Source of the DNA: Phaeosaccion multiseriatum
Taxonomy: Eukaryota; Protista; Ochrophyta, other classes
DNA: 64,000 bases
Direction: 5' to 3'
Assembly: GCA_965112735.1 (NCBI GenBank)
Contig: OZ218950.1
Location: 5,952,001-6,016,000, forward strand
How positions within the stretch are numbered: position 1 is the stretch's first letter; the number at the start of each line of letters is the position of its first letter. Made by a program: the position numbers and the translations under genes. Positions 35,201 to 48,400 of this stretch are shown one piece after another. The notes below the pieces were generated by a model, which saw nothing but the letters and a program-made list of their open reading frames with translations, had not been told where the DNA came from and did no database searches.

Positions 35201-38188
35201 AGGTATCGAGACGACCGCCACCCCCACCCCATCTGATCCTCCTTGTGCACCTCCTCCTCCTCCTCCTCCTCCTCCTCCTCCTGCTGCTGCTGCTGCTGCC
35301 TCCCATACATGTAGGTGCGCGTGCTCTTGTCCTCAAGACCAGCGAGGTAGCCCTCGCTGTAGTCAGAGATGGCACCAGAGCGCCGCCGTCGTTGCTGATC
35401 ACCATACAGCACCTCTTCCTCCTCATCATAACCATTACCATCATGATGATGATCATGACGGTGATGAAGGCGAGGGGAAGAGCGGTGGGGACGATCCCAC
35501 CTAGACACATCAATGTCGGAAAGCTCCGTCTCCACCGAGTCGTTCAAGCCGGCCCATATGCCTCTGTCTGTGCCTCTGCCCGTGCCTGCGTCGTCGTCCT
35601 CCTCACCGCCGCCTCTGGCGTGTGGTGCAGGCCCCAAGCCGGCGTCCGCTTCGTCTTCGTCGTCCGACCAGCCCTGCTGCCCCCTTCTCCTCCTCCTCCT
35701 CCTCCTCCACCCTGTGCCTCTTTCACCTCCTTCACTGCCGTCACTGCTGCCTAAATTGGAGTCTCGCTCATCGTTCACTCCGCTCCTCCTCCTCCTCCTC
35801 GTCGTCGTCTTCGTCGTCGCTGACGTTGTTCTCGTCGCCCTTCTGCCAGCAGAATGCACCTCGCTTAACCCGCCTCTGATGCCGCCGCTGCTGCCCCTGC
35901 TCCTACCTCTACTCCTGCTCCTGCTCCTACTGCCCTCGGCCATAATGTACCCAGTCCCCCCTCGCCGGTACTCCACCCCCCCCCCCCACTCCTCCTCCTC
36001 CTCACCCTCCTCCTCCGACTCCTCCTCCCCCTCTAGCCCTCTCCCTGGCCGTGCGTGAACCCTCCTCGACCTCGACCTCGATCTCGCTGATGCCGGCGAG
36101 GTTGGCACTGACACCCTGTATCTCCTTGCACTATTCTCACTGTAACCGTTGTAACTGTCTCTTTCGTCTTGCTCTCGCACGCCTCTTTCCTCCGTCTTGT
36201 CACCCCGAGTGGAATCATCAACATCGGAAGCAGCGGGTCGCTTGTATCCCCCGCCACCCCTACCAACACCGCCACAACCACCACCCCCACCACCACCCCC
36301 AACAGAAGAGGCCCTACTGCTGCTGTCGCGCCACCCTCCCTGATCCTGGCCTTCGTTCGGCTGCTTATCCTGCGAACGTTGTAGGGGCTTTCGCTCTTCG
36401 CGCATTGCCTGACGGGGACGATTGGGTATCGGAGGTCTGTCGACGGCGCGCCCTGACCGCCTGTGCTGCTGTATCGCCAACTGTTGGTGCTGCTCCTGTT
36501 GTAACCGTTGCCGTTGCTGCTGTATTCGGGTGCGAATGTCGAGTTTCTCACCCACCTTCACATCGCCTGCAGCTGCACCTTTTCTGGCCGCAGAACGGCT
36601 ACTCGTACTACCATCAGCAGTTGGTGATACAGCACCGATTTCATCCGTGTCGCTGGTCGCGACGTCGATACTGCTTAGCTCCCCACTGGCGATGGAAAGT
36701 TTGCCGCTGCCTCTGTCATCCACTGCCATCCGTAAGGGTGCTTGCCTCTCCTTTCCCTTTCCCAACGTCACAAAGCCGCCCTCTCGGATCAATCGCAACG
36801 CCTCCCTCTTGATCCTCTCGTCCTCCTCATCCTCCTCCCCCTCCACCACCACCTCCTCCTCGCCTTCACCACCACCACTGTATTCGACCACGCCACCACT
36901 ACCCCGAGCCGAGAAAGTACGAAGGCCCTCATCTGTCTCCGACGCCCCATTCGTCACAACGACAGCAGCACCCTCCTCCTCCTCCTCCTCCTCCTCGCCC
37001 CCAAGGCTACCATCGTCATCGTCATTTTGGTCTTTCGCAAGCACCGCACCCTTGACCACCACATCGCCCACATCGGAAGAGAGACGCCCGCTGATGCGAC
37101 TCACATTGATACCGCTCAAAAAGTTGCGCGACTCAAAGCCCAAGCCATCCCCATCGCCATGGCCGTTCCCCTCCTCATGTTCAGCAGCGGATGATCCAGC
37201 CGCGGCCCTCCCCTCGGGAAGGAGCAATCCGAGCCCTGATGCTGACAGCGTGGCTCTGCTCAAGGCAGCGGCCAAAAGGGAAGCCCTCTCCGCAGCGTCC
37301 ACCCCTCCCCTCCCTCTGCTGCCATCTGCCACTCTGGTGCCATCTGTGGCGTTGCCGCTACTGGTAGTGGCATTGGTGGTAGTGGTGGTGTTGCTGCTCC
37401 TAGCTACAGTGGCCTTGGAGGGCCCCTCCTCGTGGCTCTGCGATCCTCTGCTGGTCCTGCCCGCCCCTCCCCTCCCTCTTCTCGACCCCCTTCTGCCCCC
37501 ATCCACGCTGCCATTGCCAAGCCCGAGGAAAGAGGAGGACGACCCCGGGGGGGGTCCCAAAGGAGGTCCCAGTGGGTGTGCCAGCGAGGAGGAGGAGGCC
37601 TCTCTACCTCGACCCTTCCGACGACTTCCTGCGCCTTCCTCCTCCTCCTCCTCCTCCTCCATCTGCTCATCCTCCTCCTCCTCATCCAGCCAGTCTTCCT
37701 GCCCTTCTTCCCGCTCTCCTCCTCTGTCGCCAGCCCTCGTGACGTTGATGCTGCTGAGGTCGGGGCCGTAATAGCCGGACTCACTGTTGCGCTGTGGTTT
37801 TGCATCACCTTGCCCCTTGTTGCCGTGGTGGTGGTCAGAGGAGCTTGTCTTGGTCGACTTGCCCTCCTCCTCTCCATGCGCACTTGATGATGGTGCATGC
37901 CAGTCGTTGTCTTCATGCCCTTCCTGCCCCTCCCCCTCGCCCATTCTCTCGCTCTGCTGCTCCTCTCCCTCTCGGCGCTGGATGGCACTCAAAGGAGTCT
38001 CATTACGTAAGTTATGTAAGTTCACCGACGCCCCCCTTGGCAACACTCGCTGTATCGCCAACTCCTCCTCCTCTGTCGCCCCGGTGAACGCCGAATCTCC
38101 TCCTCCTCTAGGCCCATCATTTGCGCGATCTTCCCCGCCCATTCCCCTTTCCTCTGCAGGCGCGCCTGCCTCTGCTCCTGCATCGCCA

Positions 38189-38234
<46 letters not shown>

Positions 38235-39164
38235 CTTCCTCCTCCGCCACCCAAGCCCGTGCCGCAGCTACCTCCTCGTTATAGCGCCGCTGCTTAGTCT
38301 CCAGAGCAGTGACGGCCATTGCAGCGGCAGTGGCAGCAGCATCCGCTGCCGCAGCAACGCCTCCTTCCTCCCCCCTCTGTGCCTGAGCCTGAGCCTCGAA
38401 GGAGCCGCCGACTACACCTGCACCTCTGCCAGGGATTGCTGTATCACCAACTGGCACACGATCGCTTCCCTCCTGCCCTGCGTCCTCCCCAGCCCTATCC
38501 CCAGCCCGTGCAGCAGTAGCCCCCGAAGGAGCCGCAGAGCCCTCTTCTGTCGTCGACAGCTGCTGTTGCTGTCCCTGCTTTTCCACTGTCCGAATGGAGG
38601 AGAGCATGCGTGCTCCGGTCAGCATTACTTCCTCCACTCGCTCGTCCAGCTTGTCCCCCTCTCCCTCTCCGTCTCCCTGCTCTTCTCGTCGTTGCTGTGC
38701 GCTGCCACCCTCTGCCCTTGGGCTCCTCCTTCGCTGCTCTTCTGCCACTACCCGTCCCTCTCGCCGCCCCGTATTACCCTCCCCCCCTCCTGGCCGAGAC
38801 GAAACCGACCCTCCTGACGGCGGCGGCGGCGGAGAAGAAGAAGGAGACGAGGAGATATGCTGGCAGATATGCTGGCGGAACGGGGACGTGGAGGTGGGGG
38901 GCTTCCCCCCCAATACTCCCATGCCTTGCCCTCCCCGTTTCCGCACCGGGGTGGTGCGTATCTGCCCGTCACCACCGTCACCCCCGACAATATGTGCTGC
39001 AGCAAGGGCCTCTGCCCCGGCCCCTGTCCCTCTCCGCAAGGGGGAGGGAGAGAGAGAAGACATCGTGGAGTGCGCCGAGTCGCGTGAGAAAGACAGGTCC
39101 CGAAAGACTGTGGAGGGGGTGGACATGCTCCCTCCCCCGCTGCCATCTGTGATTCCGCTGCCGT

Positions 39165-39195
<31 letters not shown>

Positions 39196-39783
39196 GGAGA
39201 GGCCCGATGCTCCTCCTCCCAGCTCGCTCGCATCCTCTTCCCTCCCTTCTTCTACGGTGGAGGCTTGAGTTTCATCCGTGACCGGGTCCGTGATGTAGCT
39301 GCCTTTGCAGTAAGAGGGCTCCAATTCAGCTTCATCACCAGCGCGTGGGACCATCACTGTGTCAGCAACTCCTGCCTCTGCAGCCTTTCCTTCGTCCTGT
39401 GGGAGGAGCGAGAGAGAGCAGTCTCCCAGCTCCGGTCGCTCTCCTTTGGTGTCTTCGTTGGGCAGCTGCGAGTTGACTGCCATCATCTCCACCACCTCCG
39501 GCTTCTCTTGCCCTTCTCCATCATCCTCCTCGGTCCCTGCTGCTGCGCTGTTGTTGTTGGTGCCTGTGTGAGATTGAGTTTCAATCAACACTGCTTGAGA
39601 CATCCTCCTTTCCTCCTCCTCCTGCTGCGGCAAAAGGAGGGACAGAGAGACGTCGTCAAGCCGCCTTCTCCTCACAGGGGAAGAGCAAGGCCCCTCAACG
39701 TCATCGATTTGGGGCAGCAGGGAGAGGGATGTGTCGTCCAGTCCACCTGGATAGCCATCCTGGTCATCGTTCACCTCCTTCAT
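29743..39783 (-). CDS. Large CEP192/SPD-2-like protein: ~5-kb low-complexity first exon, then ASH/Ig-like domains
   Basis: A 1746-aa open acidic/low-complexity ORF, then exons with ASH-like strands (FRVAFLPREQG, FELGPLKRESVYIRFRP, FIVANP, LDFG). The spliced C-terminus PFIVLHEHFTLRAQ|AYVWLPVRFMPVRAGVFEKSL...VALRG resembles the last CEP192 domain as recalled. Internal junctions are approximate. Confidence 0.6.
30037..30121. repeat. (GGGTGA)n hexamer tract, intronic
   Basis: About 14 copies next to the last acceptor of the CEP192-like gene. Confidence 0.9.
30240..30610. repeat. 23-bp intronic minisatellite
   Basis: Tandem GGGTGGGTGGGTGTCAGGACAGA, about 15 copies. Confidence 0.93.
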
Positions 39784-40209
39784 CGTTGGTAGCCGGAAGA
39801 GGGTTGAAGGAGAGGAACGGCAGGATAAGTTGCCTCGGAGACGTCAGTAACATTATTCTCAGGCACGCATCCTCGAGTTAAAACAAGGACGACAAGCGGA
39901 AAGACAAGGCGCTTGCCAACTGCCGAGCGAAGGTGGTGTTGCAGAGAGAGATAGAATTTCCTTTTCCGTCCTGCACCACTGGTATGCCGAGTCACGTGCC
40001 CACTTCTACCTCTCTCCTTATCCTCACTCACCATGGATTAATCCTTTCATTCCATTGCCCCTCCTCTCTCCTCTTTCCCTCTAAAGCAGCGAGGGTGTAT
40101 TGACAAGATCGAGTGGGAGCAGATTTTTGAAAACGCCATCGGGTGCCATCCGATGGCACTCAATGTTCCCCCCCTTTTTTTTCCGTACATGTATCACATG
40201 CTTTCACGG

Positions 40210-43200
40210 CATGGAGGAGAGCTCTGATGCTGATGTTGCGGTAGCTCTTCTGGAGCAGGCCGTGGCTCTCCTCGCAGACGTGCGTGCAGCGAAAGCTTCG
40301 CTCAACAGCATGAATTTGCAGCTGGCGAAGGCGACAGGCAGCCTGCGTCATAAAGGAGCCAACAGTGTCGATGGAGCTCCCTCCCTCGCGATTCAAACGG
40401 ACTGGGACTACGACGAGGGGGTGCCGCAGCAGCTGCTCCAGGGCCTCTGGGGAGAAGCTGGGGCAGCCTTCGAACATGCTGGTGCAGAGGGTGGGGAGGT
40501 GGCCGCCACCTCCCTCATCCCCTCTCTCACGCGGCTACTCTTCGCTGCAATCTTTGTCAACGTGCTGTGGAGATGCTTGAGTACGGTGGGGGAACTTTCC
40601 CAGGTGCGGAACGCTGGGATGTAATAAGGGGGGTGGGGGGGGGGTTATTATTTTATTTTCAAGGCCCGTGACTCACTCATGCCTCTTATAACACTGCTTG
40701 CCCCTCCTCCACCGCAGTACTGGGCTTTTCGGAATAGCACAAAAGCCAACAAGTCGCTGGATGACCCCCCTACATGCACGCATACGCCTTCGCTGGTCTT
40801 GTGGCAGGTAGCGCCATCCGGCCTTCTGCTCCTGCTCGGGCTCCTCGCCTCCTTGCAGTGGTGGGGGTTGGGGGCCCCAGCCTCCCTCTCCCTCCTGGCG
40901 CTGTTGGTCCTCCTTCTTGCCGTCGTCGCCAACTCAGTACACCTCGCTATGGCGTGGGCGGGAAGGACGAGGAGAGGGCACGGCGCCGGAGCCTCTTTTC
41001 GAGGTGAGTTCGCTTGACAATAGACAATACACGCAAAGCTCCCCCCCTCAAGGTTTTCATTCTCATATGAAAAGGGCAGTCTTAAGGGCATTCTTGATCT
41101 ATCGTCTCACTCGCCTGCTGGGCACCCCTGCTGCCCCTCGTCATGCCGTACGGACAGGCTCCGGCACGCTCTCGCTGCTCACCGCCGACGCGTCCACCGT
41201 CTTGGCTATTCTCTTACAGGGGTATGACGCACTCGTCAGACAAGAGACTTTGGGTTTCATTGTCGCTGGGGGAGGGGTGTGGCGTTTGGCGGGTATCGTG
41301 GGCCTTGTGTGGGGGGTGTTCTTCGCCACTACCACGACGCGAGTGAGGAGGTGAGTTGAACAGCACTGGCACAACACAGCACAGCACAGCACAGCGCAGT
41401 TAGGGCCTCTCTGCCCTTTCTCTGCCTCTTCCTATCCTCTTTCCATATGCTTTTGCCTACCCCTTTCCCATCTCTCCCGTCCCGTCTTATCTGTATGGGG
41501 TGGGCATAGAGGTTGTATACGGTAGGGTAGACTCACTGACTCACAAGGTACAAGGAGCCTAAAGGAAACTCATCTCCGTATTCATCCATCCTGCTCCCCT
41601 CTCGTCCAGGCCTGTTTGCTTGCTCCTCCTGGCTCATGCCCTCCAATCCCTCTGTGCCATACCTTGCCATCTCTTCCGTTGCGCCCATCTCAAAGACAAT
41701 GGAGAAGCGGCGCTGCTGTATCACCAACTGCTACTGTGGCTGGAAGGGCTGTTGTATCACCAACTCCTGCAGTTGTGTTCCTGGGTCACCCCACCACGCT
41801 AACATCCACCTGTGCCATCTGGCGGGCGGACTACCAGGACCCCTCGCGCGCGTAAGTACTCCAGTAAGACTACGTGAGAAGCCAACGCATACCCTCTCTG
41901 TCAGTCTTGTCCATCTACATGCCTTGTCTCTCTCTCTGCCTGTGTATCTCTCTCTGTCTGCCTGTCGCTCTCTCCTCGTTCTCTCTGACCTTCTTATTTG
42001 TCTATCCTCTCTCCCCTCTTCTCCTCTCCCCCTCCCTCTGCGACTCTTCCGTGCGTCCTCTCTCCATCACACAAACACACAACAATAGATGGGAGCAGGA
42101 GCCGTGGATGCTCCTCTTCTGGCCGCCTCTTTTCCTCTTCAGCCTCTGCAACCTCTACGTGCTCCCACTTTTGAGAGGGCCGATGATGAAGGTTGACCGA
42201 TTCCAGTACGGCTCCGCCAAGCATGGCTCCTTCGTCAACGAAGTATGGCTGTCCAGAGCCTACGGTTTCCAATTCCTCGTGCGCTGCTTCCGGAGGAGAG
42301 TGGAACGCAACATCGCGGACATTGTGTGGGAGGCGGATCAAGCCGGAGTACCGGTGAGGCTGGTGGTGGTGCTCTACTGGAGAGAGGAGAGGGAGGGGAG
42401 GTAGGGAGGGAGGTAGGAAGGAACGAAGAAGAGGCGTCACTCCTCCTCATTTATATCAATCTCTCTCTCTCTCTCTCACTCACTCTTTGATGAGACGAGG
42501 TATGTAGAGCACGTGCCGTGGTGCGCATGTACCTGATCCTTTTCTTCCCTTCCCCACCCATGTGTACTGCCCTTTGTCCCTCCCTCCCTCCCTGCCTCCC
42601 TCCCTCCCTCCCTCCCTCCCTCCCCGTCCTCTCCTCGCTGTTCTGCTCTAAGGTTCTCGGACTCGGTGCCCTGAACAAGGCGGAGTTCATCAACAAAGGA
42701 GGGCAGAGAATCCTCACGACTTACCAGGTCCAGTGCGGTGGTGGACAGCCATATCGCGAAAGAGCTCTAGATGGCAATGCATGGCTATGTATGGCTAACT
42801 CTAAGCTATAGCTTTAGCTCCCTCTTCTCTCGTCCTCTCCCTCTCTGGCTATGTATGGCTATGTATGGCTAACTCTAAGCTATAGCTAAAGGTCCCTTCC
42901 CCCTGTCTCTCTTTTTCTCCCTCTTCTCTCTTCCTCTCCCTCTCCCACCCTCCCTCTCCCCCCCCCTCCCCCCCCCTCCGCGTCCTTACGTGTGCTTACG
43001 TACCCATCCCATCCCCCAACCCACCCCTTAGCCGCGAGTGACACGTGTAGTGCATGGCAACACCCTCACTGCTGCCGTGGTGGTGCACAACGTCACAGCC
43101 CTCCTGTATCACCAACTGCAACTTCAAAGACGTGGGGTGGGCATGGGTCAAGGCGGGCAGCACCACCACCACCACCACCACTACCACCAGCAGCAGCAGC

Positions 43201-45168
43201 AGCAGCCACTGCAATCGGTGATGCAGCAGTTGGTGGTACAGCAGCAGCCCGAGGTGTTCCTCACAGGGGCGACGTCGAAGGTGGGGCGGGCGGTGGCGCT
43301 GCGTCTCGCGCTTCAAGGCGTGCACGTGGTGTGCTGCACCGCCTCGGCAGAGAGATTCCACGCACTGCAGAGCGAGTTGGTGATACGACAGCAGCAGCAG
43401 CAGCAGGAGGAGGAGGAGGAGGGGTCTGGTGCTGGTGCTGGTGCGAGAGCGAGTGCCAGTGGAGGTGGTGGTGGTGGTGGTGATGATGGTGGAGGCTGTA
43501 TGGCCCAAAGCAGCGCCGACAGCAAGTGGAAGGGTCGGCTGTCTCACTGTTACAGAGTCAGCGAGGGTGTGCACATCAAGGTAAACGGAAGGTCAAAGGT
43601 CAAAAGCAGAAAGCGTATGGGTGGGTTAGGTGGGGTTGGGTTGGGTTGGGTTGGGTTGGTTTGAGCATGTAGCTCTCCCACGGATACCACCCCTTCGACT
43701 CTACCGAGGGTGGTGTGGTGCTTCTCGTCTCTCCATTGCCTCTCCTCATCCACTCCTCGCCCGTCCCCTCCTCTCCCGTCTCTGTCTCTATCTCTCTCTT
43801 TCTCGCTCTCTCTCTCTCTCTCTCCCTCTCCCTCTCTCTTTCTCTCTTTCCCTCCTCTCATCTCCTCTTCTCCCCTCCTCATGAATGAATCAGGTGTGGG
43901 TAGTCGGCAAGAGCGAACCCTCCGTACGCCTCCACGCACCCACGGGAGCACACGTGGTGAGCTTCGCTGTGCCTTGTCCGCTCAAAGGGTTCCGCCCCGA
44001 CCTGCAGCTCCAAGGTGAGTGAGTGGGTCAGATAGTGAGTCAGTGAGTGAGTGAGTGCGTGCGTGCGTGAGTGAGTGAGTGCGTGAGTGAGTGAGTGAGT
44101 GAGTGAGTGCGTGCGTGCGTGAGTGGGCTAGTCTGTGAGTGAGTGAGTGAGTGAGTGAGAGAGTGTGCTGAGTGAGTGAGTAAGTGAGAGAGTGAGTACG
44201 TGAGTGAGTGACAGAGTGAGTGCTGAGTGAGGCGATAGGACCTACTTTGATCGAAGCCAATCAACTGCTGCTGCTTTCTGTGACATGTTGTTGGTGCTCT
44301 CTCGCCTCGTCACTCACAGATGGCGGCCAATTGGTGCTTGACGTCAACATGTGCTCCAAGGTGGGTTCCCCTCGATGCCTTAATCATGTCTTACATGGTA
44401 ACATACTCCGCCCCATCCCCCTTGGCGCCCTTCTCTTCCTTATCCACGCGGTATCACCAACTCCCTCACTCCCTTCCTTCCTTCCTTCCTCCTTTCCTCC
44501 CTCGTGGGGGGTGGTGCTCACGATCCCCTGAGGTTTGTTTCCTCAGTGGACAGCAGCTTCAGCAGCAGGGCATCCAACTTATTTCTCCCTCCCTCTCTCT
44601 CTCGTGCGCCCGTGTGTGTGCGTGTGTGTGTTGTATGTGTGTGCGTGTGTGTTCTCCGGTGGAGACAGAGGGGCTTCGGCATTCTCCTGCCCATGGACAC
44701 CGTGTATGCGTGTCACGCTGCTGCCATGGTGCATCATGCCATGGGGTGGTCAGACCACGAGCTCGGAGAGGTGGACGTAAGTACGACGCTTCGCCTTCCT
44801 TCCTTCCTTCCTTCCTTCTCTCCGTTGGGCCTCCCTTCTGCCCCCCAACCTGCTTAACCTCTCTGACGCCTTGGTGCTCTGTTCCCTCCCCTTTCTCTCT
44901 CCGTTTCCTCTCTCTCTCTATCTCTTTCTCTGCTCAGATCAACCGCATGGACGAGACATTCAACGCGGCGCACAGTCTAGGTTTCCGAATACCTCAGCAG
45001 CAAGGAATAGTAGCACCGCCCAAAGTACCTTCAGCAGCAGCAGCAGCAGCAGTTGGTGATACGGAATTAGAAGCTCCACCGTCGCCCGCTGTGCCCGTGG
45101 CTCCGGCTGCAACAGTGTCCAATCATCCGCCGAGAGCTCATGGTCACGACAATTGTCGAGAGGAGAAG
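40210..45168 (+). CDS. CER1/CER3 (WAX2 C-terminal)-like membrane protein region, probably the 5' part of a fusion gene
   Basis: Exons encode VVFLGHP, IVWEADQAGVPVLGLGALNKAEFINKGG, RVVHGNTLTAAVV, EVFLTGATSKVGRAVAL and VYACHAAAMVHHAMGWSDHELGEVD|INRMDETFNAAHSLGF, all hallmark CER1/CER3 C-terminal motifs. Confidence 0.82.
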
Positions 45169-45436
45169 GTGAGGGAGGGAGGGAGGGAGGGAGGGAGGGA
45201 GGGAAGGAGGGAGGGATGGAGTCGACTCCGCCTCCGCCTGACAACACACCATGGTACCTGGCCTACCCTTTGAAAAGAGAGGACTCACAGCCCTCTCCAT
45301 CCACTGCCACCCTCCCCCGTCTCTCTTCTCCCCTTGCTGCTGCGACTGCCTCCATCTCTAACTCCCTCCCTTCTTGTGATGTGCGTGTGCGTGTGCGTGT
45401 GCGTGTGTGTGCGCGTGTGTGTGCGTATTGGCACAG

Positions 45437-48400
45437 CTGCCTGCCTTCGCCCGAGTGGTGGTCATCGGAGCGGGATCGAGTGGCCTGGCAGCCGCAGCGG
45501 TACTGTCGGAAGGCTTCCAGACACAGAGACGGAGCCGTGATGGCGAGAACAAGAAGCGACCTCGGTCCGTCAAAGGCACCGTTAGTAACCCACCTTCTAC
45601 TGATGGTGAGTAGCGAGGCACGACGAGGGAGAGGAGACATTGGATGGGTGGGTGGGTCGGTGGGTGAGTTGACGGATGGATGGATGGATGGACTGATGGA
45701 CTGACTGATCATTGGCAAGCTAGCCTGGTCATCATTGTGGCAAAGCTCTGGTGGACTGGCTGTCGGGCCATCCATCCACCTATCCACCCATCCAACCAGA
45801 CCAATAGAGTCTTACCGCCCCCGCACCGGTCGTCCGATCACATGCTCAGAACTTCTGTACTTTTTCGTACTTGCTGTTGCTGTTGGTGTTGCTGCTACTA
45901 TTGCTGTTGCTGTGATTCTACCCCATGTGGTGGGGTACACGATCGATGCCCTACCCGACTTACCGACATCGATCATCGATTATGGGCTGAATGTAACACC
46001 TACCAAAATCCAACGCCACCCAACGGTGCGCAGTGTTGGTAGTGGAGGCAAGTAGCTCTCTGGGCGGCACTTGGACTCGCCAATACGAGGGGCTCCATAT
46101 CACCACCCGGCGAAGGTACTGCTCCCTGCCGCTGTACCCCATTCCGCAGGACGGTGGTTATCCGGAGGAGGTGCTCACAGCTGGCGATTATGTGACGTAT
46201 CTCCGAGCCTATGCGGCCCGCTTCGCTCTCGACGTTCGGACGGGGGTGGAGGTGACCACTTGCTGCCGTACCGCAACAGCAGCAGCAGCAGGAGGAGGAG
46301 GAGGAGGAGGAGGAGGAGGAGGAGGAGGAGGAGGAGGAGGAAGGGGGGGGGATGACAATGGATGCAAGAACGGAGGGTGGCGGATGGAAGGAGAAGAAGA
46401 CGGAACAAGGCGCGGAGCGCTCGTGGTGATGACCTCGACCGGGCAGCGCATTCGGTGCGACCATGTAGTCATTGCCTCAGGTAGGTCGAGGTCTGTGCAT
46501 GTGTGTGTATGTGTGTGTGTGTGCGTGCGTGTGTATGTGTGTATGTCTGTATGTACGGTGCTTGTACTTGTGTGTGTGCGTGTGTGTTTTCTCCCCTCTG
46601 ATTCCCCCTCTCGTCTCCCCATACCAATCCACTGCCATCCCCCCCCCCCCCCCATCCACTGCCATAGGCAAGCATCAAGAGCCCTTCCTGCCCCCCGAGC
46701 TTCTCTCTCGGACGCTGCGCTCCTTCGCAGGCCCTGTGCTTCACTCCTCGCAGGTACCGTACTTTCGCATCGGTCCTCATCCACTCCCATCTAGAGGCAG
46801 AGAGAGAGAGAGAGTCCTCATCCACTGCCATCTAGATGCAGAGAGAGAGAGAGAGCGTTGCTAGTGCAGAGGACCGCAGCGGGGATTTTTGCACGCTTGC
46901 CCCTGTGCAGTTGGTGTGTGTGAGTGTGTGTGTGAGTGTGTGTGTAAGTAAGTAAGTGTTTGTGTGTGTATAAGTAGGTAAGTGTGTGTGTAAGTGTGTG
47001 TGTGTGCGCGCGCGTGAAGGGAGAGGGCGGGCGAATGAGGCTCTTCCCTCCTCACCCCCCCCTCCCTCGTACGTGCGTGTACATGTACGTGTGCGGCTGA
47101 CTCAGGTGACTGACTTGGCTGGCCTGGCCCTTCGAAGGGTGTGCATAGTGGGCTTCGGCAACAGCGCAGTGGACATCGCCACCGACCTCGCAGGGAGAGG
47201 CTGCCCGCAGGTACCGTTCTTACTTTCAACCTACCCTGCCCTGCCCATGCACCTCAATCCTACTCTTACTATGCCTCTCCTGCCCTGCCCATACACCTCT
47301 ACCCTGCCCTGCCCTGCCCATACACCTCTACTCTGCCCTGCCCATACACCTCTACCCTACCCCTGCCGATACACCTCTACCCTGCCCTGCCCATACACCT
47401 CTACCCTGCTCTGCCCATACACCTCTGCCCTGCTCTGCCCTGTCCATAAACCTCTACCCTGCTCTGCCCATACACCTCTGCCCTACTCTGCCCTGCCCAT
47501 ACACCTCTACCCTGCCCTGCCCATCACCTCTACCCTGCCCTGCCCTGCCCATACACCTCTACTCTGCCCTGCCCATACACCTCTACCCTACCCCTGCCCA
47601 TACACCTCTACCCTGCCCTGCCCATACACCTCTACCCTGCTCTGCCCATACACCTCTGCCCTGCTCTGCCCTGTCCATAAACCTCTACCCTGCTCTGCCC
47701 ATACACCTCTGCCCTGCTCTGCCCTGCCCATACACCTCTACCCTGCCCTGCCCATACACCTCTACCCTGCCCTGCCCATACACCTCTACTCTACCCTGCA
47801 GGTGGTGCTCAGCACCCGCTCCGTCCCCCCCATCATCTGCCGACAGTGGGGCTTCCTCTCCATCGAGCGTGTCAGCCTCCTCTTGGGGCAGTTCCTCCCT
47901 GCTGGGGTGGCAGACGCCATCCTGGAGGCGGTGGGGCGCCTTCGCTGGGGTGAGTGAGTGAGCGGCTCGCAAGGAAAACTAGCGTAGTGTAGAGGGGGTG
48001 GGTTGGTGGGTTGATGGGTGGATGGATTGGGTGGGTTGTTGGGTTGGGGTCAGGTTGATGGGTGGGCCGATCTTTGGGCGAGTAGGGCTGGGCTGGGCTG
48101 GTGTGGGCTGGGCCTTAGGGCTTCCTCTGCCGCATGCGGCGGAGTAGTGTCGCACGTCGCCACTGACACGCACACACACACATTATCGACAACACACACG
48201 CACATACACAAACACACACACACGCACACACACACGCACACACACACGCACACACACACACACGCCATGCATTGCCCTGTGCGCTTGCGCCTTGCGACGC
48301 GCTGCTGCCCTGCAGGAAGGCGGTGGAAGGAAGACGGATCCATCTTCCCCAGGTGTCTGCTGCAAGGAGAGGCAAGCAGCAGCAGTCATATGGGCAGCAG

